Positions 7,896 to 19,188 of a stretch of DNA of 31,151 bases are shown here, in pieces (within the stretch, counting starts at the first letter, position 1; each line of letters opens with the position of its first letter). Origin of the DNA: a virus; the IMG/VR virus record IMGVR_UViG_3300045988_085915, positions 1 to 31,151 of that record; one strand, 5' to 3'. The notes below the pieces were generated by a model, which was not told where the DNA came from, did not search any database, and saw only the letters and a program-made list of their open reading frames with translations. The position numbers were made by a program, and so were the translations under genes.

Positions 7896-8549
7896 TTAGA
7901 TTACTTCACCATTAATTGTATCAAGAGTAGTTGAAATATTACCAATCTGAGCTTGAATTGCTGAGATTTCTCCATCTAACTCTGTCATCTTTGTATTATA
8001 TGCATCTGTAGTTACATAGTTTGATAACTCACTTTTATCTGCTTTAAGTGCAACTTCATCTTTAGTAGCTAATCCAGATACATCAGGAATCTTATTCTCT
8101 ACAGCTGTAAGCTCTTCTTTAGTAGCAAAATCACTAGTATCAGGAATTTCTGCTTTAGTTGCATAATTACTTAAATCTACAGATAGTTGCAAACCTTCTC
8201 CATTTCTATGTAAAGATAGAGGTTGATTAGCTTGGAATACTTCCATCTTAGAAGTTTCTAACTCCTCAACTTCTCCTTTAAGATTAGTAATCTCAGTATT
8301 AATTGGAACAAGTTTAGCATCAATAGATTGATCTACTAAAGGAGGAACTTGATCTTCAATACTTTCTGTTACTTTAGTATTAATTAACTCTTCTGCTTTC
8401 TCCTCAGAAATGTAATTACCTTTAGGTTGGAATCTTTCATCTGCTTCAATCTTAGTATAAGAACCAACAGGAAGTTGTCCAGACTCGATACCACATTTCT
8501 TACTTACATAGAAAGTTTGTGTATTTTTAGTATTCTTAAGTATAATCAT
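7896..8549 (-). CDS. Coiled-coil tail fiber protein, short (217 aa)
   Basis: Heptad-rich repeats (SNYATKAEIPDTSDFATKEELTAVENKIPDVSGLATKDEV...) as in the 810-aa fiber. TAA stop. Confidence 0.65.
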   Translation of the reverse strand: MIILKNTKNTQTFYVSKKCGIESGQLPVGSYTKIEADERFQPKGNYISEEKAEELINTKVTESIEDQVPPLVDQSIDAKLVPINTEITNLKGEVEELETSKMEVFQANQPLSLHRNGEGLQLSVDLSNYATKAEIPDTSDFATKEELTAVENKIPDVSGLATKDEVALKADKSELSNYVTTDAYNTKMTELDGEISAIQAQIGNISTTLDTINGEVI

Positions 8550-8551
8550 AA

Positions 8552-8788
8552 TTATCTAACTTTTATTGATTCCTCATACTCTTTAGAAGCTTTAATAGCT
8601 AATTCTTTATATTCAGCATCCTTATCTAAAGAGACTTCTGATAGATGCTCTAAATCGCAACTTAAAGGACAGATACATTCAGTAAATGAATTATATGATT
8701 TAATATCCATTCCTTCTTTATAGTTAGTAAGTACATAACCTTCTTCTGGACTAACTACTTTATATTTTTCTTTAATTTCAATTTTCAT
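8552..8788 (-). CDS. Small conserved cassette protein, paralog of 12348..12569 (78 aa from MKIEIKEKY)
   Basis: Shares EGY..T.YKEG.DIK.Y.....CPL..D with the 73-aa paralog and occupies the same position between an LRR gene and a fiber gene. Confidence 0.6.
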   Translation of the reverse strand: MKIEIKEKYKVVSPEEGYVLTNYKEGMDIKSYNSFTECICPLSCDLEHLSEVSLDKDAEYKELAIKASKEYEESIKVR

Positions 8789-8790
8789 AA

Positions 8791-9912
8791 TTATGCAACT
8801 CGATTTATGCTCCAATTCTTTGAAGCGATTAATGATTTCTGTTCATCTGTAAGTTTATCATATGCAGTAGATTTAAAGGATATAGCAGAACCACTAAATA
8901 TACACTCACCAATAGATTCTGCTATAGTTTGTAATGAATCCGTAGATAAATTTGGAGATTGAGCAAAATATAGAAGACTAGCAGTTTTAAAACCTTCTCC
9001 CAATCCATTTAAAGCTCCTACAGTTACTAATTCTGGACAATTTGCAGCAAAACTAGTACAATCTGTAACAAGATGGCAATCTATTTCTGGTGTAGCTGTT
9101 AATCTACTACAAGTACTAAACATATAGCTTATATCTGTAATTCCAGTAAAGATAAAATTACTTGGAATAGTTGTTAGATATAATGCTCTATGAAACATAT
9201 GATTACAATCTCCTTTAAATGGAATATTAATCGTTATATTATCTATATTAGTAGCTCCATCAGCAGTTTCTGCAAATGCCCATTTTGGATCTACTAATAC
9301 AAGATTTTGAAAATTATTCATTACAGAGAAATCATTATTATCTATTTTTACTCCTATAAATAAATAATTTGCACTCACTTCTTTAGTAGTTGTAGGTATT
9401 TTAACATTAGATAAAGTGGCACTATGTATTGTTTGATTCCAAAATTGAGATTCACTAGCCCATCTTCCATATGCTTCATTAAGATTAGTAATCTCCTGGT
9501 TATTTAGATCAAAATGAGATGTTTTAAAAAACCCTCCTTTTCTACTTAAATCTCCACTATTTAACTTTACATCTGCATATGTTTGAGCAGAACCTATAAT
9601 ACTACAAAGAGGTACACCATCTATATTAAGGGCTAATTCACTTAAATCAGCAGTAAAACTAATTACTGTAGAAGTAAGGCCAGATCCTCTACCCATTCAA
9701 TCCCTTTGTATATCATTTATAGTTCCATCATAACTGCTAAATACATAACTACAAGGATCAACTATTGTAGTACCTTGAGGAACTGGATTAGCAACTGTAA
9801 CTATTTGTGGATTACAAGGATTGATAGGCCAGACTTTGGTACTGCCAACATAAATAGCAGTACCTTGTCTGTCACCTACATAAAATGTCTTTAAATCATC
9901 TCTAATATTCAT
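8791..9912 (-). CDS. Receptor-binding protein with BspA-like LRR, paralog 2 (373 aa)
   Basis: TGA at 9697-9699 joins track ORFs 9697..9912 and 8791..9696 in frame. C-terminus LTDEQKSLIASKNWSINRVA. Confidence 0.7.
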
Positions 9913-9913
9913 A

Positions 9914-12346
9914 TTATTCTACAATTAAATATTGTGTATTAGGATCTTTAGTAGATAATCTATCATACTCTGCTTGAGTTAGAACAGTAATAGTATTTAT
10001 TTGAGGTTGAGTTCCAGTTCCAGCTTCAATATAGTTTCCAGCAGGCTGAATACCTAAATCTGATAAACTCTTATTGCCAGATAACTCAACAGAATTAATC
10101 TGAGGTTTATTTGTTAACTGAGTATAGTCAGTAGTCCCTCCACCTCCAGATATTTCAAGATTACCTTCTCCTAAAATACTTTCACCATTAATAGTCTTTA
10201 TATTAGTACCAGAAACTAGTTGCTCTTGATAACTATGATAACTAGTATCTGCTGATACTCCAGTTGGAGTAATAGTAGTTTGAACTACAGTATGATTAGC
10301 TGTAGTACTTTCAAAATGGAAAGTAGCTTGAATATTTTCTCCTGAAACAAAACATACTTCTGGAGCTGCTATATCACCATAACCTAGAATATTTACATAA
10401 TAAAGCTCAAATGGTCTTTTATTAGCTATAGCATTCTTAACAGCAGCGAAATCTCCAGAAAGATGAGTAATGGAATTTATAAATAGAAATGGAATATTAG
10501 AACCACTTTTAATTTCTATATTACCTTCTCCAAGTAAAGACTGACTATTGATTGTTTTGATATTAGTTCCACTTACAAGCAAATCTTGCTTAGTAGCCAT
10601 CTCTTTATCAAGAGAATCAATCTTATCTCCATCTTCTTCTTGTTTTGTTTTAATAATTGATATATCTGAAGTATTAGTTGCTACTTGAGTAGATAAAGAT
10701 TCTACTACAGAAGAATCTGCTTTACCTGCAAGTTCTATTTTTGTTGCATAATCTCCTACAGGCTGTTTAGTAGCAAGCTGCTCATCAACATAAGTCTTAT
10801 CTGCTTTACCTGCTAAATCTCCAGAAACCTCTGTTTCAGTTACAAAGTTAGAATCATTAGTAAGCTCACTAACTTTAGTTGGAATATCACTCTTTAAAGC
10901 ATAATCTCCTTTATCTTGTTTTGCATCAATCTTACTTTGTAAAGAAGATCTTAGAGTCTCAATTTCCTCATTAACTGAATCGTTAGTTGCATAATCACCA
11001 ACTGGTTGGTATCCAGATAAATCTACAGATAACTGAGTCTTATCTCCATTAAAAGCTAATGGAGCTTGAGGAGCAAATACTCCTTGTTTTTCCTCAAGTT
11101 TGGCATCTACTTCTTCTTTAGTATATCCTTTATTAGTAAGATCAACCTCAGTAACTTTAACAGTCATATTACCATTATTTACTAAGATTGCATTAATAAC
11201 TACTAATACACCATTATCTTGGAAATAATAGCCATATAAATCAATAGTTTCTGGATGCTCAATAGTTGCAACAGGAATAACTATAATATCACCTTTATAT
11301 GTAATCTGGCAGAATAAATAGAAGTCCAGATTAGTTCTAATAAAGTCATAGATATGTTTCTGTCTTACAGGATCATTCTCATCTAAATTAAGTAAGAAAT
11401 GATTCTCAAAAGCAGAGATTACATTATCTATAATAGATATATTCTTTCCTGCTGTAAGCGTTTCCTGTTTTGAAGCTATCTCTTTATTAATAGCTGTATT
11501 TAAAGCATCAATTTCAGCTTTGGTATATTTATCTGCTAATTGTGCATATAGAGGACCATTAACAATACCAGCTTGGTTAGTCTCTGTATTATATATTGGA
11601 AGTTCAACTGCTTCTCCAGTTTGATTACCAAATACAGGAGCTAAAGTAACTTTAGATGGGACTGATTGAATATTAATGGCAGGTACGATTGAAGCTGCTC
11701 CAGATAATTCAGTTCCATTTAAAGATGGTTTGTTACGAATAGTATTATAATCTGCAGAAATAGTATTCTCTTCAATTACTATACCATCACCTTGGTTTAA
11801 TTTATTCTGTTTAGAATTTAATGCACTTTCAGTAGCTTCTTTTGTAAGATAATTATCTTCAACTCATTTTTCAGTAGCATATCCATCTAAGCTACTAATA
11901 AACCCACTATCATTAGTTAATTGTGAAGTTTTTGTTGGTATCTCAGATTTATCGGCTTTATTGGCAACTGCATCTGAAATTTCAGTTGTAACCTCTTCTT
12001 TAGTTGGATAATCAGCTAATCGTTCAGTTATCTGATTATCAATATTTTCAGCACTTGGAATAGTACTCTTTATTTGCTCTAACTCAGAATTAATAGTAAC
12101 AATATCTTCAGATGACGCTAATCCCAACTCTTCCGAAGTCATATTACCATTTAACTCAATACTATTGATCTCAGGTTTATCCTGAAGATCAAAATAGCTA
12201 TTAGTAGCTAACTGAGAACCATCCATAACCTTAACTTCATCATCCTTGTCAATAACAATAACTTTAGTCACATTTGACTTATCTATTGTTTCGACTTCAA
12301 GGATATTAAGATAAGGAAGAATTGTCTTTTCAGTTTCGTTTGCCAT
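9914..12346 (-). CDS. Long tail fiber protein (810 aa)
   Basis: TGA at 11864-11866. I translated 11168-11863 codon by codon and found no stop (and no Met), so track ORFs 11864..12346 and 9914..11167 are one gene. Repeated fiber motifs include (S/Q)LTNDS(G/N)F, LVSGTNIKTIN..S(L/I)LGEGN and NKP.IN..EL.GN. Confidence 0.8.
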
Positions 12347-12347
12347 A

Positions 12348-12569
12348 TTATTTATTTTTATAAGATTCCTCTTGTTCTTTTAAATATCTTTCATTTGTTT
12401 CTGCATCAATAACCCTATAAATAGATATATCAAAGGTTAAAGGGCAATATAAAATAGTTGATGCACTATACTCTTTAATATCATCACCTTCTTTATATGA
12501 GGTAATAAAATATCCTTCATCAGAGTATAACTTTATAAATATGCTAGTTTCAATATGTAAATGTTCCAT
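12348..12569 (-). CDS. Small conserved cassette protein, paralog of 8552..8788 (73 aa)
   Basis: Its ATG overlaps the stop of the upstream LRR gene (TAATG). Shares a motif with the 78-aa paralog. Confidence 0.6.
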   Translation of the reverse strand: MEHLHIETSIFIKLYSDEGYFITSYKEGDDIKEYSASTILYCPLTFDISIYRVIDAETNERYLKEQEESYKNK

Positions 12570-13522
12570 TATGCTAATATCCAGTTTTTATTAGTAGCTA
12601 TTGCTTTCTGTTCATCTGATAATTTTGCCAGATTGGTAGCTCCTAATGTTAAAGTTTTGCTATTCTCCCCTGTTAAATCAACTAATGCATTAATAACAGA
12701 CATTAAAGAATCAGTAGTAAGATTGGTACTTGCTGATAGATATAATCCTGCTCTAAGCTCACCGTTTACTGTAAGATTAGTAATTCCACCACATTTTGAA
12801 AATATAGGATTTATTGAACTTTCTTGAGATGTGTATGATGGAATGTTTAATGTTACATCTGTTAATCTAATGCAATCTCCAAACATATTAGTAGTAGTTA
12901 CTAATTTAGGAGCGTCTAAATTAAGTGTTTTCAGGCTATTATATCCAGGTAAGGTACCTCTGCTAAACATATTAGACCCATCTGTTAATTCAGGCATTGG
13001 AATAGTGAATGATGTTAAATCATCACATTCTGTAAACATATATCTGCCATCTTCTAATTTAGGCAATTGCATAGTGAACTCCTTAATTTTTGATCTTTGA
13101 CATTTATATCTTCCATCAACTAAATTTTCTCAACCTACAACATTTGCAGGAACAGACGTTCCAGTAAACCTATATAAATTAACTACAGCTTGCGTAATAT
13201 CATAAGTTGAAGAAGTTGGCACATTAATAGTAGCTTCAACTTTCTCCATAACATCATAATCTGGATCAGGTAAAATATCTATTAATCCATTAGATGTAAT
13301 TGTAATCTCTTTAGTAGCTTGTACTGTAGGAACAACAACATCAACAGATACATTTACTTTCGACATACCATCATAACCCTCATCTGGAGTTACAACGAAC
13401 TCAGCATTCTGAGTATATTCTACAGATTTCTCCTGTAATTTACATTCTTGAGCAGCTAAAGCTTCAATATCTCTTGAAGTTGTATTCTTTGCTACTTCTG
13501 GTGTTGTATATTTAATAGCCAT
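12569..13522 (-). CDS. Receptor-binding protein with BspA-like LRR, paralog 1 (317 aa)
   Basis: TGA at 13130-13132 joins ORFs 13130..13522 and 12569..13072; I translated the linker and found no stop. N-terminus has TPDEGYDGMSKVNV; C-terminus LSDEQKAIATNKNWILA. Confidence 0.75.
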
Positions 13523-13568
13523 TTTCTATAAAATATAAATAGTTAATTATCTGTCCATAAACAAAATA

Positions 13569-13596
13569 AGGGGCAAGTAAATTAATACTCGCCCCT
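13569..13596 (-). terminator. Hairpin terminator/attenuator after the tail tube gene
   Basis: AGGGGCAAGTA / TACTCGCCCCT stem with one mismatch and a 6-nt loop, followed on the - strand by UUAUUUUGUUUAU. Confidence 0.6.
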
Positions 13597-13606
13597 CTTT
13601 CTGTTA

Positions 13607-14131
13607 TTAAGCACCTACAACGCTTTGAATAGCTTCAGCACTCAACTCATAAGGATATGATTCAGAGTCAGTAGCTAAAGTCAGCGTATAAGCGTTCTGA
13701 TCACCTTTTGCAGTACCAGTAACACCCGTACCAGCGGAAGCGCTTACATAGTCATCTTTTCCTAAGAACCAGTATTTGCCATTAGAATCTTCTACAACAA
13801 CTACAAGTTGTCCAATAGAAAGAGCAGCAATCTCGATTCTTTTCTTAGTCTCCATCTTTGTAAATACAAGAGCAAGCTCATTACTTACATAGTTGGTTCC
13901 TGCAGTTTCGTCAACGTTCAATGTTGAGGTTAGAGAACCAGTACCTTTGCGGAATTGGTAATTATACCATTCAGCATCTGCTTCAAGAGTAATAGCTGAG
14001 ATTTGATTAGTCTCATCATCTACAGTTACACTCTTAACATTATCGTACTGAGTAATCCATACCTGTTTGATACCACCAAGCGAAGCTTCGCAATCCAGGG
14101 TAATACCAGCGATAGTTATTAAACAAGCCAT
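13607..14131 (-). CDS. Major tail (tube) protein (174 aa)
   Basis: Sits directly after the capsid gene. The pattern GGIKQVWI...W.NYQF.KGTGS...LALVF...IGQLVVVVEDSNGKYWFLG...TG...D.NAYTLTL resembles siphophage tube proteins. Higher GC than the surrounding sequence; only TGG Trp. Confidence 0.6.
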   Translation of the reverse strand: MACLITIAGITLDCEASLGGIKQVWITQYDNVKSVTVDDETNQISAITLEADAEWYNYQFRKGTGSLTSTLNVDETAGTNYVSNELALVFTKMETKKRIEIAALSIGQLVVVVEDSNGKYWFLGKDDYVSASAGTGVTGTAKGDQNAYTLTLATDSESYPYELSAEAIQSVVGA

Positions 14132-14169
14132 ATAATTTCAATCTTATTTAAAGTTAAACTCTATTGAAA

Positions 14170-15075
14170 TTAGGCTTTGGCACCAAGAACTACCTCATCA
14201 GGGAATGCAACCTGTACGCCAGCGTTAAATTCAATAGCTAATCTAAATTCGCGGAAATCTTGTGAATACCACAATTCAAACTTCTCTTCATCGTTCATCA
14301 TATCGCAACCATAGAAGAAGTTCTTATCTAACTGACCAGCAACAATCTTATCAGTTCCATTAAGACCATTAACAGCGATTACTTTAACCTGCGAACCAGG
14401 AAGCATAATCTCACCATTAAGATTCTCACCACTATAGTGGTAGTAGTTCTTAGCAACTAACTCCTGGATAAATTTACGGAAAGTATCACTGCCAACTAAG
14501 ATAGAAGCACCATCCAGAACCTTCTCAGGAATAGCGTTATAAACAGCCATAATGTCATCATAAGCAGATGCTCCAGTAATTTCTACATCAACAACCCCAT
14601 CAGCAGCACCAAGGATCTTTAACAGACCATCAAAATACTTCAGGTTATTTGTTTCAGAATCAGTATCACCCTGCCAAATAGCAGTCTCAATAGCAGCCTT
14701 AACATTCTCAACTACTGCATTTACGAAATCCTCTTCAAAAGGAAGCGTCTTCTGACCAGCAGCTACTCGTACTTGATACTGAGTCCAGTATTTAAGCATC
14801 TCTTTATCACAATATGCCATATTGATCTTAATATTACCAGTAGCCAGAATTCTCTGAGAAAGAGTCTGAGTTCCAGCTTCATCCCAACCACAAGCTAGGC
14901 CATCGCCAAACTGAATAGCAGTTGATAACAGGTTAAGAGCAGCACTAGTTTTGATGTCAGTTTGAAGATTGAACAACGAAGCACTCTTAGCCTTTAATAC
15001 AGCCTCTTTAATAAGAGGAAGACGTCTCTGCTCTACATAAGCAGTAAGACTAGTCATTACAGGACTATTTGCCAT
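14170..15075 (-). CDS. Major capsid protein (301 aa)
   Basis: Lies in the canonical protease-scaffold-capsid order. The size and sequence style fit small HK97-fold capsid proteins. GC-richer codon usage; 4 TGG, no TGA. Confidence 0.75.
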   Translation of the reverse strand: MANSPVMTSLTAYVEQRRLPLIKEAVLKAKSASLFNLQTDIKTSAALNLLSTAIQFGDGLACGWDEAGTQTLSQRILATGNIKINMAYCDKEMLKYWTQYQVRVAAGQKTLPFEEDFVNAVVENVKAAIETAIWQGDTDSETNNLKYFDGLLKILGAADGVVDVEITGASAYDDIMAVYNAIPEKVLDGASILVGSDTFRKFIQELVAKNYYHYSGENLNGEIMLPGSQVKVIAVNGLNGTDKIVAGQLDKNFFYGCDMMNDEEKFELWYSQDFREFRLAIEFNAGVQVAFPDEVVLGAKA

Positions 15076-15097
15076 AATTTTATAAATAATTTAATAA

Positions 15098-15700
15098 TTA
15101 ACCAATAAAGTTTTTAAGCTTTTTATCAATAACAGGATTACCAGTCATTATTGAAGCTTTGCCTTCTATCTGTTCCTCAGCTGAAAATGCAGCACTCATT
15201 TTGCTCATCTTTTCAACCGTCTTTTCTGTAGCTTCAGATTTACCCTCTAATTCAGCTACTTTCTTAACAAGCTTATCAACAATGTCATAAAGCTCATTAA
15301 TTTCGCGATGAATTGCATCAATTGCATCAGTTACAGTTTCTTTGTCACCATCAGTAGCTACTTCAGGATCAACTGGCTCTTCAGCAGTTTCTACCTTGCG
15401 TTTTCCACAAGCAGCATCAACTTCTGCTTTAGCTGCTTCTTCTGGATCAACCTCAGCTTTAGGATCAGTTACAGACTCTACTTTACCGTCTTTAACAACA
15501 ATCGTCTTTCCATCCTCAGTTACATACTCACCATCCTCAGCAGGTTTGTATTCTCCGTTCTCATCCTGAACATATACATCCATACCAGCGCGTAAGTCTT
15601 CATCTGAATCCCAAGTAAGTACTGCCTTATCAGTTTTAATATCACTGAACTTTGCAAGCATTTTAGCCAATTCAAGCTTGATTCTTGTGAATTTGCTCAT
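15098..15700 (-). CDS. Scaffolding protein (200 aa)
   Basis: Highly acidic, with Glu/Lys/Ala-rich coiled-coil segments; located between the protease and capsid genes. Confidence 0.65.
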   Translation of the reverse strand: MSKFTRIKLELAKMLAKFSDIKTDKAVLTWDSDEDLRAGMDVYVQDENGEYKPAEDGEYVTEDGKTIVVKDGKVESVTDPKAEVDPEEAAKAEVDAACGKRKVETAEEPVDPEVATDGDKETVTDAIDAIHREINELYDIVDKLVKKVAELEGKSEATEKTVEKMSKMSAAFSAEEQIEGKASIMTGNPVIDKKLKNFIG

Positions 15701-15713
15701 TTAATTAATAATT

Positions 15714-16307
15714 TTAATGTTTAACTCTTTTTATCTTCTTAATCATATTAAGGATCTCTTTTATTTCGTCATATTCATCAGACTTTCTCTCTAAAGTAAA
15801 TAAACCTTCAATTGAGAACCCTTTAAACTTACCAGCTTTAATTGCATCTCAAATAACTTGATTATCTACTTTATAAGTGGCAAATAAAGAACCATCAGGA
15901 ACATCCTGGAATTCAACTGGAGATATTCCTCTATTAATATCCTTTACATAGATTTCTTGTAGAGTAATTCCATTTAAATCAGAATCTTCTAAATGTTCAA
16001 TATTTACATCTGTAGTTCTCTTATCATACAGCATCTTCTCTGCCATTTTACGAAGAGTTTCCTTATCATACTGTATGTAGTATTCTCCGAGTTTCTCATC
16101 TCGTCTGAAAATTGGAGTATCACTTAACATTAAGCAAGATGTTACTAAATGCTTATCTTCATCCATCGAGAACTTCTGAGAATTACTAAAAGCAACCCAG
16201 TTAACTTGTGTAGCTGGTTTACTTGTTAAAGCAACATATTCTATTCCATCACAATCATCAGTAATCACTGCCTGAAATAATGGAAGATCATTATAAGTAA
16301 TTTCCAT
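15714..16307 (-). CDS. Prohead protease, XkdF-like (197 aa)
   Basis: N-terminus LFQAVITDDCDGIEYVALTSKPA. TGA at 15849-15851 continues into W-DAIKAGKFKGFSIEGLF, the family-typical G.SIEG motif. TAA at 15714. Confidence 0.6.
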
Positions 16308-16359
16308 TTTTATTAATATATAGCACTTTATAAATTTGTAATATTTTTAGAATATCTAA

Positions 16360-16409
16360 TGTAACCTTTTTACTCATATTTTGTAGTTAATAAGAATAAA
16401 AAAGTTACA
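16360..16409 (+). promoter_or_regulatory. 50-bp inverted-repeat-armed element, copy 2, 53 nt upstream of the - strand protease gene but with its core in + orientation
   Basis: TGTAACCTTTTTACTCATATTTTGTAGTTAATAAGAATAAAAAAGTTACA; 50 nt; lies in the intergenic gap between the tape measure stop (16420) and the protease start (16307). Confidence 0.55.
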
Positions 16410-16419
16410 CTAAATATTT

Positions 16420-19188
16420 TTAGAATGAAGCATTAGATTCAGTAACTGCTACCTTAGTTTGAGCTGAAGTAATGTCAGATTCAACAACATAACACTTAAC
16501 AGGTTCATTTAAAAGGTCAGTTTCTTTATCTCCAAGTAAGTTTCGAGTATATTCAACAGGAGCTGTATTTAAAGCAGCTGGTGCTGCCACTGCTGCAGAT
16601 GCTCCACTCACTCCACTTGCACCTGATTCATCTACTTCTCAAATCTTTTTAACATTTGCAATACCTGCAACTACTGCGGCTGCAGCTGCAGCAATACCTA
16701 AAGCAGGACCTACAATAGGAATTCCTGCCATAGCAGAGTATGCGCTATTTGCTGCTGAATAAGTGTCAATTAAAGCTTGTGCAGTAGCAAATCCTTTTCC
16801 AACTTTACTCTCTTCTCCCCAAATACTTGCCATACTTCCTGCAATGCTTGAAGCTACAGATAAAGTTCCCTGTAAAGCTTGCTGTCTTGCTTTTTGAAGA
16901 TTTTGATAAGCCTGAGTATTTGCCTGTTCATTAGCTAATTGAGCATCTGATAAGGCCATATTATTCTCAGTAAGAGTTCTTTGAATTTCCTCTTTTTGTT
17001 CAGCAGTTAATTGTTCATTCATTAATTGCTGATTTAATAAGGCATTCTCTTGCTCTATTCTACCTTGAGTTAATGAGAGTAAGTTGTTATTGTATTCAAT
17101 TTGAGCATTGTATTGATTCTCTAAGTCCTCTCTACTCTGATATGTAAATTTATAACCAGTCCCTTCATAATCTCCAGCCAATCCAAATGCTTTCGATATA
17201 CCTTGAGTATAAGTAGTCTGAAAGGTCTGCTCTCTTGGCTCTCTCAAATTACTTGTAGAAGATAAATCTCTAATCCTTTTTAATTCAGACTGTAGATCAT
17301 TCCAAGCTTTATCTGCATCTTCCTTACGCTTAGCTTCTTCATCAGCTCTAGCTTTATCTCTAATCTTTTTAAGCTCTTCCTGATGCCAAGCTTCTACCTC
17401 TTCAATTCCCCTATTATACTTAATAGCTAATGCTAATAGTCTAATATATTCATCTTCAAGTTCATCTACTGGGTCTTTATCCTCTAATCTCTTTTGAAGC
17501 CATTCATCAAATTCATTAATTACCTTCTTAGCTTCAGTAGTGTTCTTTGTAATAGTTGGAATATTAAAGAATCCACCATACTTTTTATTAGTATCTGCTA
17601 CATCCTCAAATAGCTTTCTAAGCCTTTTCTCAATGTCTTTATTTAAATCATCCAACTGTTTATAAGTATTCTCTTTATTTTGCTTTGTATACTCATAAAT
17701 TGTATTTGAATAATCTTTTCAGAACATTGCTGTAGCTTTAAAAGCCTGCCAAGCAGATGCCTCTCCAAAGCTTGTATCAGAAATTTGATTCTCCAGTTCA
17801 GTACGTTTGTTTAAATACTCCTCATAAAGTTTAATTGCAGCCTGTTCAATAGCTTGTGCTTTAGCTCTTGCTTCTAAGGCTTCTACATAATTGCCTGTAT
17901 TATTTACAAACGCATCTTCTGCAGTCTTTACATTAGTGATATTTAAACCAGTCTCTTTAATCTTATCGGAATATTGCTCTATAAACTTACGCTTAGCATC
18001 TGCAGAATCTCCAACCCTTTCGTAAGCTATTTGTAACTCTCTAAAGATAGCTATAGATTTAGAAGCAATCTGATTAGTAGTATCTGTAATAGACTTTCTA
18101 AATTCAGCAGCCTCCTTTTCAGCTGATTTTATTGAGGATATATACTCTATTATCTTATTAATAGCTACTCCAATAGCTGTAGCTAATGCAATTCATACAG
18201 TTACATTACCAATAGTTTTAAGTGCAGTTTTAACTTTACCTACTCCAGAAGCAGCTTGTTCTGAAGCTTCAGCCATTGCTTTCTGAGCCTCTGCTCCTTT
18301 TCGCAAAGTTGGAATGCCTTTTTCTACATTTTCCTTTAATTCATTAAGATCTACACCTAAACGTTTAGCAGCTTTCTGCATTCTCTCTGCTGGAGTTCCA
18401 GTCTCTTTTGCTGCTTCCTTTAAAAATTCAGCAACTGTAGTAAATGTAGGTTTTACTTCTTCAAAGGACTTTTTTGCAGTTTCTCCTAATTTACCTATAA
18501 TCGGAATCGTATTAGATACACTCTTATTAGTAGCAGATATTTCAGCAGGAGTGCCCATTACTCCTTGAATCATACCTCCTTTAAAATTAATATTGGTGCC
18601 TTCTAAATCCTTGACTACTTTAGAGATATTACCTAATTCAGTTCCAACATTACCAACAGATGTGCCAATGCCATTAAGCTTAGATGCATCAATCTGATTA
18701 AGATTTTTGGCAGCATTATTCAACCCTGTATTAAATGGAGAGATAAAATCAGTTAATTTCTTAAACCAATTACCTAAAGTAGGCAATTCTTCTAATAAAT
18801 CTTTTATACCTCCAATACCTTGTACTAATGCAATAGATGACTGTAACTTAACCATTACTTTAGTTAAATCTTCAGATTCTTTCCCAAATAAAGTAATGGC
18901 AGCTGTTGCAGCTCCATATCCACTGGCCAAACCAGTGGATATTTTAGCTACACTTTCAAACCTTTGAGCAGTAGTTCTTGAAGATCTTGCTATCTGCTCA
19001 TTAATTTTATTGAATTCTGATTGTCTCTTACCAAGTAATGAAAGAGTTTCATTATATTCCTTAGTACCAATCTCTAAATCATTCAGCGAATTAGTTAATG
19101 CATCAATATCTTTCTTTAAAGAGTTTATTGACTTATTACTTGACTTAGTATCAATACTAATAACCTTTTTAATTTCTGTTTGTGCCAT
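16420..19188 (-). CDS. Tape measure protein (922 aa)
   Basis: Three in-frame TGA (18193-18195, 17719-17721, 16639-16641) join four pieces. I translated 17656-18192 and 16612-16638 and found no stops. Long coiled coils plus Gly/Ala-rich hydrophobic segments (GIPIVGPALGIAAAAAAVVAGIA). Confidence 0.7.
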
